The notes under the pieces were generated by a model. The model was not told where the DNA came from. It was given only the letters and a program-made list of their open reading frames with translations, and did not search any database. A stretch of DNA of 64,000 nt from a candidate division FCPU426 bacterium. GTDB taxonomy: Bacteria; Oederibacteriota; Muellerivitia; Muellerivitales; Muellerivitaceae. The position numbers and the translations under genes were made by a program. Where the stretch lies: NCBI GenBank assembly GCA_963796105.1, contig CAWCKJ010000003.1, forward strand, positions 288,001 to 352,000. Reading direction: 5' to 3'. Of this stretch, positions 1 to 10,720 are shown piece by piece; position 1 is the stretch's first letter; every line of letters starts with the position of its first letter.

Positions 1-13
1 TCCGGACGGTAAA

Positions 14-1186
14 ATGGAACAAAAATCAAAAAGGCTTCTCATGCGCACTCGTGAGCAACTCGAAAATATTGAACGGGAAACCTTAGCTCCTTTCGCCCAG
101 AAATCAAGAGAAAGCCGGGGACGGCAATATCCAGAGGCCGAGCACCCCTACCGCACGGCTTTCCAAAGGGATCGGGACCGCATCATCCATTCCTCCGCTT
201 TCAGGCGGCTTCAATATAAAACCCAAGTGTTCGTCAATCATGAGGGGGATTATTACCGGACCCGGATTACCCATACCTTGGAAGTGGCCCAAATCGCCCG
301 TTCCATCGCTAGAAGCCTGGGCTTGAACCAGGACTTAACCGAGGCTGTAGCCCTGGCCCATGACCTGGGCCATACCCCCTTCGGGCACTCAGGGGAAAAA
401 GTCCTGAACGAGATCATGAAAAATGATGGCGGGTTCGAGCATAACGCGCAAAGCTACAAGGTAGTAACCCACTTGGAGGACAAATACCCCTCCTTCCGGG
501 GTCTTAACCTTTCCTTCGAAGTACTGGAGGGAATTGACAAGCACCGGACCCGCTACGACCGGAAGGAGGAAACCCAGGAGCAATACACCCTGGAGGCTCA
601 AATCGTGGACTTGTCCGATGAAATAGCCTATACCTCCCATGACGTGGACGACGGTTTGACCTCCGGCCTGCTTGATTTCGATGGTTTGAACGAAGTTCCC
701 CTCTGGAGAAAAAATCTCGATAAGGTGAAGGCGGCTGATCCCGAGATGGGAAAGGACAAATTGAAATACCAGGCTGTCCGGGAACTCATCAACGAGCAGG
801 TATCCGATCTACTGGATGAAACCGACCGCCGAATCTTGACCTTCAAGATACAAACCTGCGCTGATGTCCGGAAATGCCCGGAAGAGCTCGCGGCTTTTTC
901 CCCGGATTTCCGGCACCAGCACTTGGAGTTGAAGCGCTACCTGTTTCAGCACATGTACCGCCACAACAAGGTGACCAGGATGGAGTCCAAAGCCCACAGG
1001 GTCTTGAAAGAATTGTTCAGCCTTTACGAGGAAAATCCAGAAATCCTCCCGGCGAATACCCGGGAAAAAATCCGCGTAAACCAGGAGCCGCTCCGCAGGA
1101 TCATTTGCGACTACATCGCCGGGATGACCGACCGTTACGCCATCGAGGAATATGAAAAGCTGACCGAACCCTCCATGAGGGTTTAA
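14..1186 (+). CDS. dgt: deoxyguanosinetriphosphate triphosphohydrolase (dGTPase, HD family)
   Basis: FQRDRDRIIHSSAFRRLQYKTQV, RTRITHTLEVAQ, HDLGHTPFGH and DYIAGMTD motifs. Confidence 0.95.
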   Translation: MEQKSKRLLMRTREQLENIERETLAPFAQKSRESRGRQYPEAEHPYRTAFQRDRDRIIHSSAFRRLQYKTQVFVNHEGDYYRTRITHTLEVAQIARSIARSLGLNQDLTEAVALAHDLGHTPFGHSGEKVLNEIMKNDGGFEHNAQSYKVVTHLEDKYPSFRGLNLSFEVLEGIDKHRTRYDRKEETQEQYTLEAQIVDLSDEIAYTSHDVDDGLTSGLLDFDGLNEVPLWRKNLDKVKAADPEMGKDKLKYQAVRELINEQVSDLLDETDRRILTFKIQTCADVRKCPEELAAFSPDFRHQHLELKRYLFQHMYRHNKVTRMESKAHRVLKELFSLYEENPEILPANTREKIRVNQEPLRRIICDYIAGMTDRYAIEEYEKLTEPSMRV

Positions 1187-1238
1187 GCCGTTTTCCCTTC
1201 GGGTATAACCGCCGGTATCTCCTCCTTTCCGCCCCATG

Positions 1239-1267
1239 TTGACAGCTTTCCGCCTTTAACTTAAGAT
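1239..1267 (+). promoter_or_regulatory. sigma70-type promoter upstream of argD
   Basis: TTGACA (1239-1244), 17-bp spacer, TAAGAT (1262-1267). Confidence 0.6.
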
Positions 1268-1276
1268 GCCCTTGTT

Positions 1277-1330
1277 AAAAGTCCCCGTAAGTACGCCTCA
1301 AGCGTTTCGCCTACGGGGGCTTTTTCATTT
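1277..1330 (+). terminator. terminator-like hairpin in the argD leader
   Basis: AAAAGTCCCCGTA...TACGGGGGCTTTTT stem followed by a T-rich tract, just before the GAGGAG RBS. Confidence 0.6.
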
Positions 1331-1344
1331 TGAGGAGAAGAAAA

Positions 1345-2547
1345 ATGGAAACATACCAAATCATCCAGCAGGGCGACGATTATCTTTTGCCGGTGTACAG
1401 CCGGAAGAAGATCGTGCTCATGCGAGGGGAAGGGGTCCATGTTTACGACTCCGAAAGGGCCGTCTATCTCGACTTTTTCTCCGGGATCGCGGTGAACGGG
1501 CTGGGGCAAGCCCACCCGGACGTCGTAAGCGCCATCATCGAGGAAACCAAAAAGCTCGGGCATGTCTCCAACTATTACTACAACGAGCCCAACGTGAAAC
1601 TAGCCAAGCTCCTGTGCGACGTCTCCTTCGCCCAGAAGGTGTTTTTCTGCAACTCTGGCACCGAGGCGACCGAGGCGGCCATCAAGCTGACCAGGAAGTA
1701 TTTCAGGGGAAAAGGGCAGGATAAATACGAAATCATCAGTTTCTACAATTCATTCCACGGAAGAACCCTTGGGTCCATTTCGGCCACCGGCCAGGTCAAG
1801 TTCCAGGAGGGATTGGACCCGCTTCTTCCCGGTTTCAAGCACGCAACCTTCAACAACATTGAAAGCGTGAAGAAACTGGTGAATGACAAGACAGGCGCCA
1901 TCCTGGTCGAACCGATCCAATGCGAGGGCGGCATCCGGATCTCGGACCAGGCGTTTTTAAGGGAGTTGAGGGATCTCTGCGATGAAAAGGGGATTTTCCT
2001 CATCCTGGACGAGGTGCAGTGCGGAATGGGCAGAACCGGCAAGATGTGGGCTTATGAGCATTATGGAATCGAGCCGGACATGATGACGGCCGCGAAAGCG
2101 CTTGGGGGCGGATTGCCCATGGGCGCCTTGTTGGTGACCAACCAGGCGGCGCAGGGCTTCAAACCCGGCGACCACGCCTCCACTTTCGGGGGCAATCCCA
2201 TCGTCAGCGCGGCCTCGGTCGCCACTCTCGAGGTCATCATCGGAAAAGACCTTTTACAGCACGCCACCCAGGAAGGGGAATACCTGAAGCAGGCGCTCCA
2301 ATCCATCTTGAGGGAACACCCGACTTTGTTTACCCAATGGAGGGGCATGGGCCTCATTCAAGGCCTTGAAATGAATCGGAAAGCCTCTTCCTTGGTGGAC
2401 AACTGCGCCAAGCAGGGGCTACTGGTCGGGACCGCTAACGAGAATGTCCTCCGGTTCCTGCCTCCCTTGGTGATCAAGCATTCGGATATAGACCAAGCGA
2501 TGGATAAGCTGAGAAAAGCCATCGCTGAAGAACTCAAAAGCGCCTGA
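1345..2547 (+). CDS. argD: acetylornithine aminotransferase
   Basis: class III PLP aminotransferase motifs (SFHGRT, LDEVQCGMGRTG, AKALGGG, HASTFGGNP); precedes argF; ATG 1345 follows GAGGAG. Confidence 0.92.
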   Translation: METYQIIQQGDDYLLPVYSRKKIVLMRGEGVHVYDSERAVYLDFFSGIAVNGLGQAHPDVVSAIIEETKKLGHVSNYYYNEPNVKLAKLLCDVSFAQKVFFCNSGTEATEAAIKLTRKYFRGKGQDKYEIISFYNSFHGRTLGSISATGQVKFQEGLDPLLPGFKHATFNNIESVKKLVNDKTGAILVEPIQCEGGIRISDQAFLRELRDLCDEKGIFLILDEVQCGMGRTGKMWAYEHYGIEPDMMTAAKALGGGLPMGALLVTNQAAQGFKPGDHASTFGGNPIVSAASVATLEVIIGKDLLQHATQEGEYLKQALQSILREHPTLFTQWRGMGLIQGLEMNRKASSLVDNCAKQGLLVGTANENVLRFLPPLVIKHSDIDQAMDKLRKAIAEELKSA

Positions 2548-2557
2548 GGTTAACGCC

Positions 2558-3499
2558 ATGCAAAAACAACCGCGTCATTTACTGACGCTTCAGGAATTTT
2601 CCACCGGTGAAATCCTGGAGCTGTTAAACCTTGCCAAGAAGTTGAAGGAGAATCCCCTCAAGTATCAATACGCCTTGAAGGGCCAATGCCTGGCCATGAT
2701 TTTTGACAAGAGCTCCACGAGGACGAGGGTTTCCTTCGAGGTCGGCATGACCCAATTGGGCGGCCATGCCCTTTTCATGAACGGGACCGACTTGCAGTTG
2801 GGCCGGGGTGAAACCATATCGGACACGGCTAAAGTCCTGTCCCGCTATGTTCAGGGGATCATGGTGAGGACCTTCGCGCACAAGATCGTCGAGGAGCTCG
2901 CCGAGAACTCCACCATCCCCATCATCAACGGTTTGACCGACAGCCACCATCCCTGCCAGATCCTGGCCGACATGCAGACGATCCTGGAGGCCTTCAAGAG
3001 ATTGAACGGGATCCAGGTGGTTTTCGTGGGGGACGGCAACAATGTGGCCCACAGCCTTTTGGTGGGCGCGGTGAAAACGGGAATGCATCTCAGGCTGGTA
3101 TGCCCCGAGGGCTACAAGCCCGACGCCGCCATCCTGGAATACGCGATGAAGGAAGCCAAAAAAACCGGAAGCCATATTGAGGTGACCTCCAAGGTCAAGG
3201 GCTCCGCCGTCGGCGCCCACGTGGTTTATACGGATGTCTGGGCCAGCATGGGACAGGAAAAGGAGAAATCAAAAAGGCACGAAGCTTTTCAGGGGTTCCA
3301 GGTTGACCAGAAACTCATGGCTGAATCCCCGCGCGCCATATTCCTGCATTGCCTTCCGGCCCACAGGGGCGAGGAAGTTTCGGCGGAAGTCATTGACGGT
3401 TCAAGGTCCAGGGTATGGGACGAGGCGGAAAACCGCCTGCACGCCCAAAAGGCCGTGCTGGCGACCCTCATGGGCAAAAACACAAGGAGCAAGACATGA
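2558..3499 (+). CDS. argF: ornithine carbamoyltransferase
   Basis: [25 protein letters not shown] motifs. Confidence 0.96.
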   Translation: MQKQPRHLLTLQEFSTGEILELLNLAKKLKENPLKYQYALKGQCLAMIFDKSSTRTRVSFEVGMTQLGGHALFMNGTDLQLGRGETISDTAKVLSRYVQGIMVRTFAHKIVEELAENSTIPIINGLTDSHHPCQILADMQTILEAFKRLNGIQVVFVGDGNNVAHSLLVGAVKTGMHLRLVCPEGYKPDAAILEYAMKEAKKTGSHIEVTSKVKGSAVGAHVVYTDVWASMGQEKEKSKRHEAFQGFQVDQKLMAESPRAIFLHCLPAHRGEEVSAEVIDGSRSRVWDEAENRLHAQKAVLATLMGKNTRSKT

Positions 3500-4707
3500 A
3501 AAACATAAAAAAAGTAGTATTGGCCTATTCCGGGGGTTTGGATACCTCCATCATCATTCCATGGCTGAGGGAAAATTACGGCTGTGAGGTGGTGGCTTTC
3601 ATCGCCGATGTCGGCCAGGGCCCAGAGATCGGCCCGGCCCGGCAAAAGGCCCTCAAGACCGGCGCGAAAAAAGTCGTGGTCCAGGACTTGAGAAAGGAAT
3701 TCCTCGATCAATTTTGTTTTCCCGCCCTCCGGGCCCAAGCCAAATACGAGGGGACCTATTTGCTGGGGACCTCCCTGGCAAGGCCCGTGATCGCCAAGGG
3801 AATGGTGGAAACCGCCCTTCGGGAAGGCGCGGACGCCATCGCCCACGGGGCGACAGGCAAGGGAAATGACCAGGTCCGGTTCGAGTTGACCGTCATGGCC
3901 CTCGCGCCCCACTTGAAAATCATCGCCCCTTGGCGGGAATGGGATATCCGGTCCCGGGAAGACGCGATTGATTACGCCACCCGGCACGGGATCCCGGTTC
4001 CAGTCACGAAAAAGCGGCCCTATTCCATGGACGGGAACCTGTGGCATTTGAGCCACGAGGGAGGGGAATTGGAAAACCCCTGGAATGAGCCGACCAAGCA
4101 CGTATTCCTGACGACCAAGGATCCTGCCTCGGCCCCTAAAAGCCAAAAGAACCTTTTGATTATTTTCAAGAACGGAATACCCGTGGGTTTGAACGGGCGT
4201 AAGATGGGATCAGTAGTCCTGGTCCAGAAACTCAATCAACTTGCCGCCGTTTACGGGATTGGCCGGGTGGATATGGTGGAGAACCGTCTAGTGGGGATGA
4301 AAAGCCGGGGCGTTTACGAGTCGCCAGGCGCCACGGTGCTCTACGAGGCCCACAGGGCCCTTCAAACCCTGACGGTTGAGAGGGAATTGCTGCATTACGG
4401 GCAAGTCCTCTCGGTAAAATACGCCGAACTGATATATTACGGCCAATGGTTCTCGCCTCTTCGGGACAGCCTGGAAGCCTTTTTCAAGGATATGCAAAAG
4501 ACCGTGACCGGAGAGGTCAGGGTGGCCCTGCATCCGGGCCGGGTGGTGGCGACAGGTGTCAAATCGCCATACTCGCTTTACCAGGAAGCCCTGGCGACTT
4601 TCGGCGAGGACGAAGTTTACAACCAAAAGGACGCGGAAGGTTTCATAAAGCTTTTCGGACTGCCGATGAAAGTGGTTGGCATGATGAAACGCAGGAGTAA
4701 ATTTTAA
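3496..4707 (+). CDS. argG: argininosuccinate synthase
   Basis: [37 protein letters not shown]; start at ATG 3496 overlapping the argF stop. Confidence 0.97.
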   Translation: MKNIKKVVLAYSGGLDTSIIIPWLRENYGCEVVAFIADVGQGPEIGPARQKALKTGAKKVVVQDLRKEFLDQFCFPALRAQAKYEGTYLLGTSLARPVIAKGMVETALREGADAIAHGATGKGNDQVRFELTVMALAPHLKIIAPWREWDIRSREDAIDYATRHGIPVPVTKKRPYSMDGNLWHLSHEGGELENPWNEPTKHVFLTTKDPASAPKSQKNLLIIFKNGIPVGLNGRKMGSVVLVQKLNQLAAVYGIGRVDMVENRLVGMKSRGVYESPGATVLYEAHRALQTLTVERELLHYGQVLSVKYAELIYYGQWFSPLRDSLEAFFKDMQKTVTGEVRVALHPGRVVATGVKSPYSLYQEALATFGEDEVYNQKDAEGFIKLFGLPMKVVGMMKRRSKF

Positions 4708-4791
4708 ATTCTTAATTTTAAATGACGGATTCATTTTTAATACCAAGTTAAAAATGTTTTTTAAACTTTTATTAAAAAATCGAGGTCTTTC

Positions 4792-6195
4792 ATGAAAAAG
4801 ACATGGGGCGGGAGATTTAAGAAAAACACCGATCCTCAAGTCGAGGCCTTTACCGAGTCGATCTCCTTCGACAGTCGGTTGGGGCTTTTCGATATCGAGG
4901 CCAGCCTGGCCCATGTCCAATCCCTGGTGAAAGCCAAGCTTTTGAAGCCCGATGAGGGGAAAAAGCTTTCCGCTGGCCTCCAAAAGGTCAAAAAACTTTT
5001 CTTGGCGGGCAAACTGCCCATGGGCTCAAACCTGGAGGATATCCACACGGCGGTTGAAAAAGCCCTGACCTCCATCGTCGGGCCTTTGGGAGGCAAGCTC
5101 CACACCGGCAGGTCCAGGAACGACCAGGTCGCCACGGATTTCAGACTCTATCTGCGCCACGCCGTCAAAACCATGGTCCTTGCCGGCTGCGGGTTGATTG
5201 AAACCATCCAAAAAAGAGCCTTGGCTGAGAAAGACACCATCCTTCCTGGATACACCCATCTTCAAAGGGCCATGCCGGTGACCTTGGGCCACCATTTGGC
5301 CGCCTATGCCCATATGCTTTGCAGGGACATGGACAGGTTCCTTTCGTCATGGCATAGGGCCGACGCCCTGCCTTTGGGATCAGGCGCACTCGCAGGCACC
5401 AACCATCCGATCGACCGGATGGCGGTTGCCCGGAATCTCGGCCTTAAAACCATCCTTGAGAACAGCCTGGACGCGGTATCGGACAGGGATGTTTTCGTGG
5501 ATTTCCTTTCAGCCGCCGCGACCACCCAAATGCACCTCTCCCGGCTCTCTGAGGACTTGATCCTTTGGGCCAGCGCAGAGTTCAATTTCATTGAAATGGA
5601 CGACGCCTTTGCCACAGGGTCCAGCCTCATGCCCCAGAAAAAAAATCCCGATGTGGCGGAACTCGTCAGGGGAAAAACAGGAAGAGTTTATGGAAATCTT
5701 TTGGGCCTCCTGACTGTCTTGAAAGGCCTGCCATTGGCTTACAACAGGGACCTGCAAGAGGACAAACATTTTGTATTTGATTCCGCCGACACCGTTCTTT
5801 CCTCCCTTCAAGTGATGAACGGTTTTCTAGGAACCCTTAAATTCAACAGGCCCAGGATGAAAGAAGCCGCCGACGGGGACTTGACCCTCTTGGCCACGGA
5901 TCTGGCCGACTTACTGGTGAAAGAGGGGGTTCCCTTCAGGGAGTCTCATGAAATCGTAGGTAAAGTTGTCCAATACACGCTGAATCTTGGAAAAAGAATT
6001 CAGGACTTAAGCGATGGGGATTTGAAAAAAATCTCGGCTAAGTTCCCAGGGAAGTTCTCGAAAAACCTTTCGATCACGAAATCTGTCGCAAATAAGAAAG
6101 CCCTTGGTGGCCCTTCACCCCAGAATGTGCGGAGACAGGTGATATCTTTGAAAAAAATGGCAAGCCGGCTTAAAAAAGCGGCTCAGACCTTGTAA
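4792..6195 (+). CDS. argH: argininosuccinate lyase
   Basis: WGGRF, HTGRSRNDQVATD, GSSLMPQKKNPD. Confidence 0.97.
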   Translation: MKKTWGGRFKKNTDPQVEAFTESISFDSRLGLFDIEASLAHVQSLVKAKLLKPDEGKKLSAGLQKVKKLFLAGKLPMGSNLEDIHTAVEKALTSIVGPLGGKLHTGRSRNDQVATDFRLYLRHAVKTMVLAGCGLIETIQKRALAEKDTILPGYTHLQRAMPVTLGHHLAAYAHMLCRDMDRFLSSWHRADALPLGSGALAGTNHPIDRMAVARNLGLKTILENSLDAVSDRDVFVDFLSAAATTQMHLSRLSEDLILWASAEFNFIEMDDAFATGSSLMPQKKNPDVAELVRGKTGRVYGNLLGLLTVLKGLPLAYNRDLQEDKHFVFDSADTVLSSLQVMNGFLGTLKFNRPRMKEAADGDLTLLATDLADLLVKEGVPFRESHEIVGKVVQYTLNLGKRIQDLSDGDLKKISAKFPGKFSKNLSITKSVANKKALGGPSPQNVRRQVISLKKMASRLKKAAQTL

Positions 6196-6201
6196 GAGGG
6201 A

Positions 6202-7452
6202 ATGATGAAAGGTTTTCATTTAAGTAAAAATCGTTGGTACGCCGAAGGCGTCGATCTTTCCAAAATCGCCCAAAAAGCCGGCACGCCCTGTTACGTCTAT
6301 AGCCTTTCATCCTTCGAGGAAAGATGGAAGGAAATGGACAGGGCCTTTCAATCTGTCCCTCATTTAGTGGCATATTCCATTAAGGTCAACTCCAACCTTT
6401 CGGTGATCCATACCCTCGCCAAACTCGGGACTGGTGTGGACGTCGTCTCGGGAGGAGAGATCTATATCGCCCTCCAGGCTGGGATTCCCGCCAACCGTAT
6501 CATTTACGCGGGGGTCGGCAAAACTGACCGTGATATAACTTACGCCCTTGGCAAAGGCATCCGTTATTTCAACGTGGAATCCATCCCGGAATTGCTGGCG
6601 ATCAACGAGGTCGCGAAAAGGCTCCATAAAATCGCCCCTGTCGCGGTCCGCTTCAATCCAGACGTGGACGCGAAAACCCACCATCACATCACGACGGGCA
6701 AAAAAGAGACCAAATTCGGCGTGGATCTGGACGATTTGGACCTAGTCATGAGAACCGCCAGGAAATGCGGCAATATCAATTGGACCGGCATCCATATGCA
6801 CATTGGAAGCCAGATGACCCAAACCAACTCCATCGGCCAAGCCGTAAAAGTAATGGAAAACCTGGTGTTGAAACTCCGCCGGGAGGCTTTCCCCATTTAC
6901 ACCCTTAATATTGGCGGCGGTTACGGAATTGAATATCACGGGGAAAAACCTCCCAAACCGTCCCAATACGCTTCGAAGGTCCTTCCGATTGTGAAAAAGC
7001 TCAACGCTGAATTAATCCTTGAGCCAGGTAGATATATCGCTGGCAATTCAGGAGTCCTTTTGACCACCCTCACTTACGTGAAAAAAGCCGGGTCCAAAAC
7101 CTTTTATATCGTGGACGCAGGCATGGGGGAATTGATCCGCCCCGCTCTTTACGAGGCCTACCACCGGATCGCGCCTGTCTCGGGTCACCAAAAACCTGCC
7201 CTGAAAGCCGACGTAGTCGGCCCGATCTGCGAATCAACGGACTTTTTCGCCAAAAACCGGCCTCTTCCGAGTTTGAAAAGAGGGGACCTCCTGGTCGTTT
7301 TCTCGGCTGGGGCTTATGGAAGCGTCATGTCCAGCACCTACAACGCCCGCCCTCTGGCTCCGGAGGTCGTCGTGAGGGGAAACCGCTTTGCCATCGCCCG
7401 CCGGCGGCAAAGTTGGAAAGATTTGATTCGCTTGGAAAAAATCACCCTGTAG
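6202..7452 (+). CDS. lysA: diaminopimelate decarboxylase
   Basis: YSIKVN PLP lysine, HIGSQ, EPGRYI, GPICES, GAYG. Confidence 0.95.
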   Translation: MMKGFHLSKNRWYAEGVDLSKIAQKAGTPCYVYSLSSFEERWKEMDRAFQSVPHLVAYSIKVNSNLSVIHTLAKLGTGVDVVSGGEIYIALQAGIPANRIIYAGVGKTDRDITYALGKGIRYFNVESIPELLAINEVAKRLHKIAPVAVRFNPDVDAKTHHHITTGKKETKFGVDLDDLDLVMRTARKCGNINWTGIHMHIGSQMTQTNSIGQAVKVMENLVLKLRREAFPIYTLNIGGGYGIEYHGEKPPKPSQYASKVLPIVKKLNAELILEPGRYIAGNSGVLLTTLTYVKKAGSKTFYIVDAGMGELIRPALYEAYHRIAPVSGHQKPALKADVVGPICESTDFFAKNRPLPSLKRGDLLVVFSAGAYGSVMSSTYNARPLAPEVVVRGNRFAIARRRQSWKDLIRLEKITL

Positions 7453-7633
7453 CCATCCGGCCTTCTTAGCCTAAAATATTTTTTAAGTTTCTCAAATCGC
7501 ATTCCCAGGTCCAAAGTACGTCGCGGAACCCTCCTCCACAAAGTTTGCTTGCGATAGGAAGTTAAATTCAATAATATGAACACATTAAAATTATTTTGTG
7601 TGTTTTTTTGTACAGTTAAAAACAGGAGGAAAA

Positions 7634-8530
7634 ATGTTTCGCGGCGCTTTTACAGCCTTGATCACACCTTTTAAAAACGGGGAAGTGGATTTTTCAACCC
7701 TGGAATCCTTGATTGAGAGCCAGATCACGGGAGGAATAGACGGTCTCGTTCCCTGCGGAACCACCGGCGAGTCACCCACGCTCACTGAGAAGGAACATGA
7801 GGCTGTCATCGCCTTCACGGTGAAAACCGCCCGCAAACGCGTTCCTGTTATCGCCGGGACCGGATCTAATTCCACCGCCGAGGCCATCCTTTTAACCAAG
7901 TTCGCCAAGGAAGCCGGCGCTGACGCCGTGCTATTGATTTGCCCTTATTACAACAAACCCAGCCAGAGGGGCTTGATCGCCCATTTCACGGCCATCGCGG
8001 ACAAAGTCCAAATCCCCCAAATCCTCTATAACATCCCGGGACGAACCGGTATCAATTTGCTGCCTGATACACTAGCTGAAATCTCCCGTCACAGGAACAT
8101 CGTCGGGGTCAAGGAAGCCAGCGGCAACCTGGAACAAATGGCTAAAATCAAATCCCTTTGCGGACCTGATTTCGACCTGCTCTCGGGCGACGACCCCCTC
8201 ACCTATTCGCTTCTTGAACTAGGGGGAGTGGGAGTCATTTCCGTCATCTCGAATATTCTTCCCGGTGAGACATCCCGAATGGTCCACAGCTACCTGGATG
8301 GAAAAGTCGAGGAAAGCCGACGGTCTTTTTTGAAATACCTCGACCTGGTCAAAACCATCATGACGGCGGATGTGAATCCCACCGGTATCAAGGCCGCCAT
8401 GGCCCTACGCGGCCAAATCAAAGAGGATTTAAGGCTTCCTTTGGTTCCGGTTACCAGCGAAGCCCGGGAAGCCATCCGCAAACAAATGGACCGCCTCGGT
8501 TTATTGAGCGCGGTCGGTCAAAAACGATGA
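7634..8530 (+). CDS. dapA: 4-hydroxy-tetrahydrodipicolinate synthase
   Basis: GTTGES, PYYNKP, YNIPGRTG, GVKEASG; ATG 7634 after AGGAGG. Confidence 0.96.
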   Translation: MFRGAFTALITPFKNGEVDFSTLESLIESQITGGIDGLVPCGTTGESPTLTEKEHEAVIAFTVKTARKRVPVIAGTGSNSTAEAILLTKFAKEAGADAVLLICPYYNKPSQRGLIAHFTAIADKVQIPQILYNIPGRTGINLLPDTLAEISRHRNIVGVKEASGNLEQMAKIKSLCGPDFDLLSGDDPLTYSLLELGGVGVISVISNILPGETSRMVHSYLDGKVEESRRSFLKYLDLVKTIMTADVNPTGIKAAMALRGQIKEDLRLPLVPVTSEAREAIRKQMDRLGLLSAVGQKR

Positions 8531-9348
8531 CCGTTAAAATCGCGGTTTCCGGCGCGAGCGGAAGGATGGGTTCCGCCATCCTGGGCTTGGCGGCTAAGGA
8601 CAAGCAATTTGAGATCGTGGGCGCCCTCGATATGTCCTCAAGCCCATCGCAGGGAAAATCTTTGGCGTCGTCATGGCCTTCCTTGGGAATTAAGAACCAA
8701 GCAACCCTACATTCAAACCTCAAATCATTCCCGAATAAGCCTCAGGTCCTGATCGATTTCACCCAACCTCCAGCCACTCTTCAGTACTTGAAAGAAGCAT
8801 TGGCCCTGGGCGTCGGGATGGTGATTGGAACCACCGGCTTTTCAGAATTAGAGAAAAAAACCATCCAATCCGCCTCCAAGAAAATACCTATTGTCCTGTC
8901 CCCCAATATGGCGATCGGGATGAACCTTCTTTTCTTGCTGGCCGAGGAAACAGCCAAGCGATTGGGTATGGAATATGACGTGGAGATCGCGGAAGCCCAC
9001 CACAACCTGAAAAAAGACGCCCCTTCAGGAACAGCCCTGGGCTTGGGCGAGGCCGTAGCAAGGGCCTGGAACGTGGATCTCAATCAAGTTTCCACCCATG
9101 GACGGCAAGGCAAGACTGGAGAAAGGGTCAAGGGAACCATCGGTTTTCACGCCATCCGTGGCGGGGATATCGTGGGGGATCACACGGTCCTTTTTGCCGG
9201 CACGGGTGAGCGCTTGGAATTAACCCATAGGGCCCATAACCGTACGGGATTGGCCCAGGGAGCCCTTAAAGCCGCGATGTTTTTGGGAAAAAAGAAAAAC
9301 GGATTTTTCAACATGGGCGATGTCCTGGGACTTCATTCAAAACACTGA
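8527..9348 (+). CDS. dapB: 4-hydroxy-tetrahydrodipicolinate reductase
   Basis: GASGRMG, IGTTG, EAHHNLKKDAPSGTA, RGGDIVGDH. Confidence 0.96.
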   Translation: MTVKIAVSGASGRMGSAILGLAAKDKQFEIVGALDMSSSPSQGKSLASSWPSLGIKNQATLHSNLKSFPNKPQVLIDFTQPPATLQYLKEALALGVGMVIGTTGFSELEKKTIQSASKKIPIVLSPNMAIGMNLLFLLAEETAKRLGMEYDVEIAEAHHNLKKDAPSGTALGLGEAVARAWNVDLNQVSTHGRQGKTGERVKGTIGFHAIRGGDIVGDHTVLFAGTGERLELTHRAHNRTGLAQGALKAAMFLGKKKNGFFNMGDVLGLHSKH

Positions 9349-9428
9349 TTTCTCGTTTCTTCTGGTACTTTTCCATTTTCCGCCGATACCTTACATTCAC
9401 ATATCTTTAGGCAATAAAAGAGGTCGCG

Positions 9429-10193
9429 TTGAGAATCGCCCGGCTCCTTCATAACAACAAAGCCCGATGGGCCATGCTCCTGGAATCCGTGGATACCTAC
9501 CGGGTTTTCCAATCGGATGAGCCCTGGAATGACACGACCCTGGACGCGAAATCATATCCTTTCAAGGAAGCCCAGCTTCTGGCCCCGTCCCTTCCGTCGA
9601 AAATCATCGGTGTGGGTTTGAATTACTTGGATCACATGAAGGAAATGGGTCATGAGAAACCCAAAAACCCGATTCTCTTCCTGAAACCACCTTCCAGCCT
9701 GTTGAACCCTGGGGGCTCCATCCCTTATCCTCCTTCCGCCGCAAGAGTGGACCACGAGGCCGAATTGGCGGTGGTCTTGAAAGCCCGGTTGAAAAACGCC
9801 GAGCCCGCGGAGGCTCTCAAGGCGGTATGGGGATTTACCTGTTGCAACGATGTGACAGCCCGCGATTTGCAAAAAGCCGACGGGCAATGGACCCGCGCGA
9901 AAGGCTTCGACGGTTTTTGCCCCCTGGGACCCTGGCTCGTGACGGATTTCGTGGAGAAGGACCAGAAAATTGTCTGCAGGTTGAATGGCGAGGTAAAGCA
10001 ATCCTCGAAAATTTCACAGAGGATTTGGAACACGGCTGAATTGCTATCTTTCATATCCAAAGCAATGACCTTGGAGCCTTTGGATGTGATCACCACCGGC
10101 ACTTCCGGCGGAATTAGCCCGATGAAGTTGGGGGAAATGGTCGAGGTGGAAATAGAGGGCATTGGGATCCTAAGAAATACAGTCGGAAACTGA
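9429..10193 (+). CDS. fumarylacetoacetate hydrolase family protein
   Basis: KIIGVGLNY, FLKPPSS, HEAEL, NDVTARD, AKGFDGFCPLGP. Confidence 0.9.
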   Translation: MRIARLLHNNKARWAMLLESVDTYRVFQSDEPWNDTTLDAKSYPFKEAQLLAPSLPSKIIGVGLNYLDHMKEMGHEKPKNPILFLKPPSSLLNPGGSIPYPPSAARVDHEAELAVVLKARLKNAEPAEALKAVWGFTCCNDVTARDLQKADGQWTRAKGFDGFCPLGPWLVTDFVEKDQKIVCRLNGEVKQSSKISQRIWNTAELLSFISKAMTLEPLDVITTGTSGGISPMKLGEMVEVEIEGIGILRNTVGN

Positions 10194-10234
10194 TTACAAA
10201 ATCCAGAGAATGCCTTTAGATTCTTAGGTGGTAT

Positions 10235-10720
10235 ATGACAACAGTTTATCTTTCACTGGGCTCGAATTTAGGCGATCGGGCCAAATACCTGGCGGAAGCG
10301 CGGTTGGCCCTGGAAAAGGATTTTGCCAATGCCCGGTTCTCAAGCGTCTATGAAACAGAGCCGGTGGACTATAAGAATCAAGGCTGGTTTTTAAACCAGG
10401 TGGCTGAAGTTCAAACCGGAATGGAACCAAAATCTTTGCTAGAATGGGCGCGCCAATTGGAAGCCAGTCAGGGCAGGCAAAGAGATATCCCAAAAGGGCC
10501 CAGAAGCCTGGATGTGGATATATTGCTTTACGGTGACTTGGTTTATCAGGATCAGGAACTGGTTTTGCCCCATCCTGCGATTCGCTTCAGGAGGCATGTT
10601 TTAATCCCACTAGCGGAGCTAGCCGAGGCTAAAATACTGCCGGATCTCAAGTTGACAGTGAAAGAAGCGCTTAAATTGACTCAAGATGATTCAAAGGTGA
10701 ATCCATATGCTCCATCATAA
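10235..10720 (+). CDS. folK: 2-amino-4-hydroxy-6-hydroxymethyldihydropteridine diphosphokinase
   Basis: LSLGSNLGD, FLNQV, GPRSLDVDILLY, LPHP. Confidence 0.95.
   Translation: MTTVYLSLGSNLGDRAKYLAEARLALEKDFANARFSSVYETEPVDYKNQGWFLNQVAEVQTGMEPKSLLEWARQLEASQGRQRDIPKGPRSLDVDILLYGDLVYQDQELVLPHPAIRFRRHVLIPLAELAEAKILPDLKLTVKEALKLTQDDSKVNPYAPS

Noticed and set aside
3289..4146. long antisense ORFs over housekeeping genes (also 44651-45484, 45536-46240, 58885-59499)
   Set aside because: They overlap well-supported genes on the opposite strand, have no motifs, and are expected from codon bias.
7453..7633. lysine riboswitch before dapA
   Set aside because: AT-rich spacer without the conserved L-box core.
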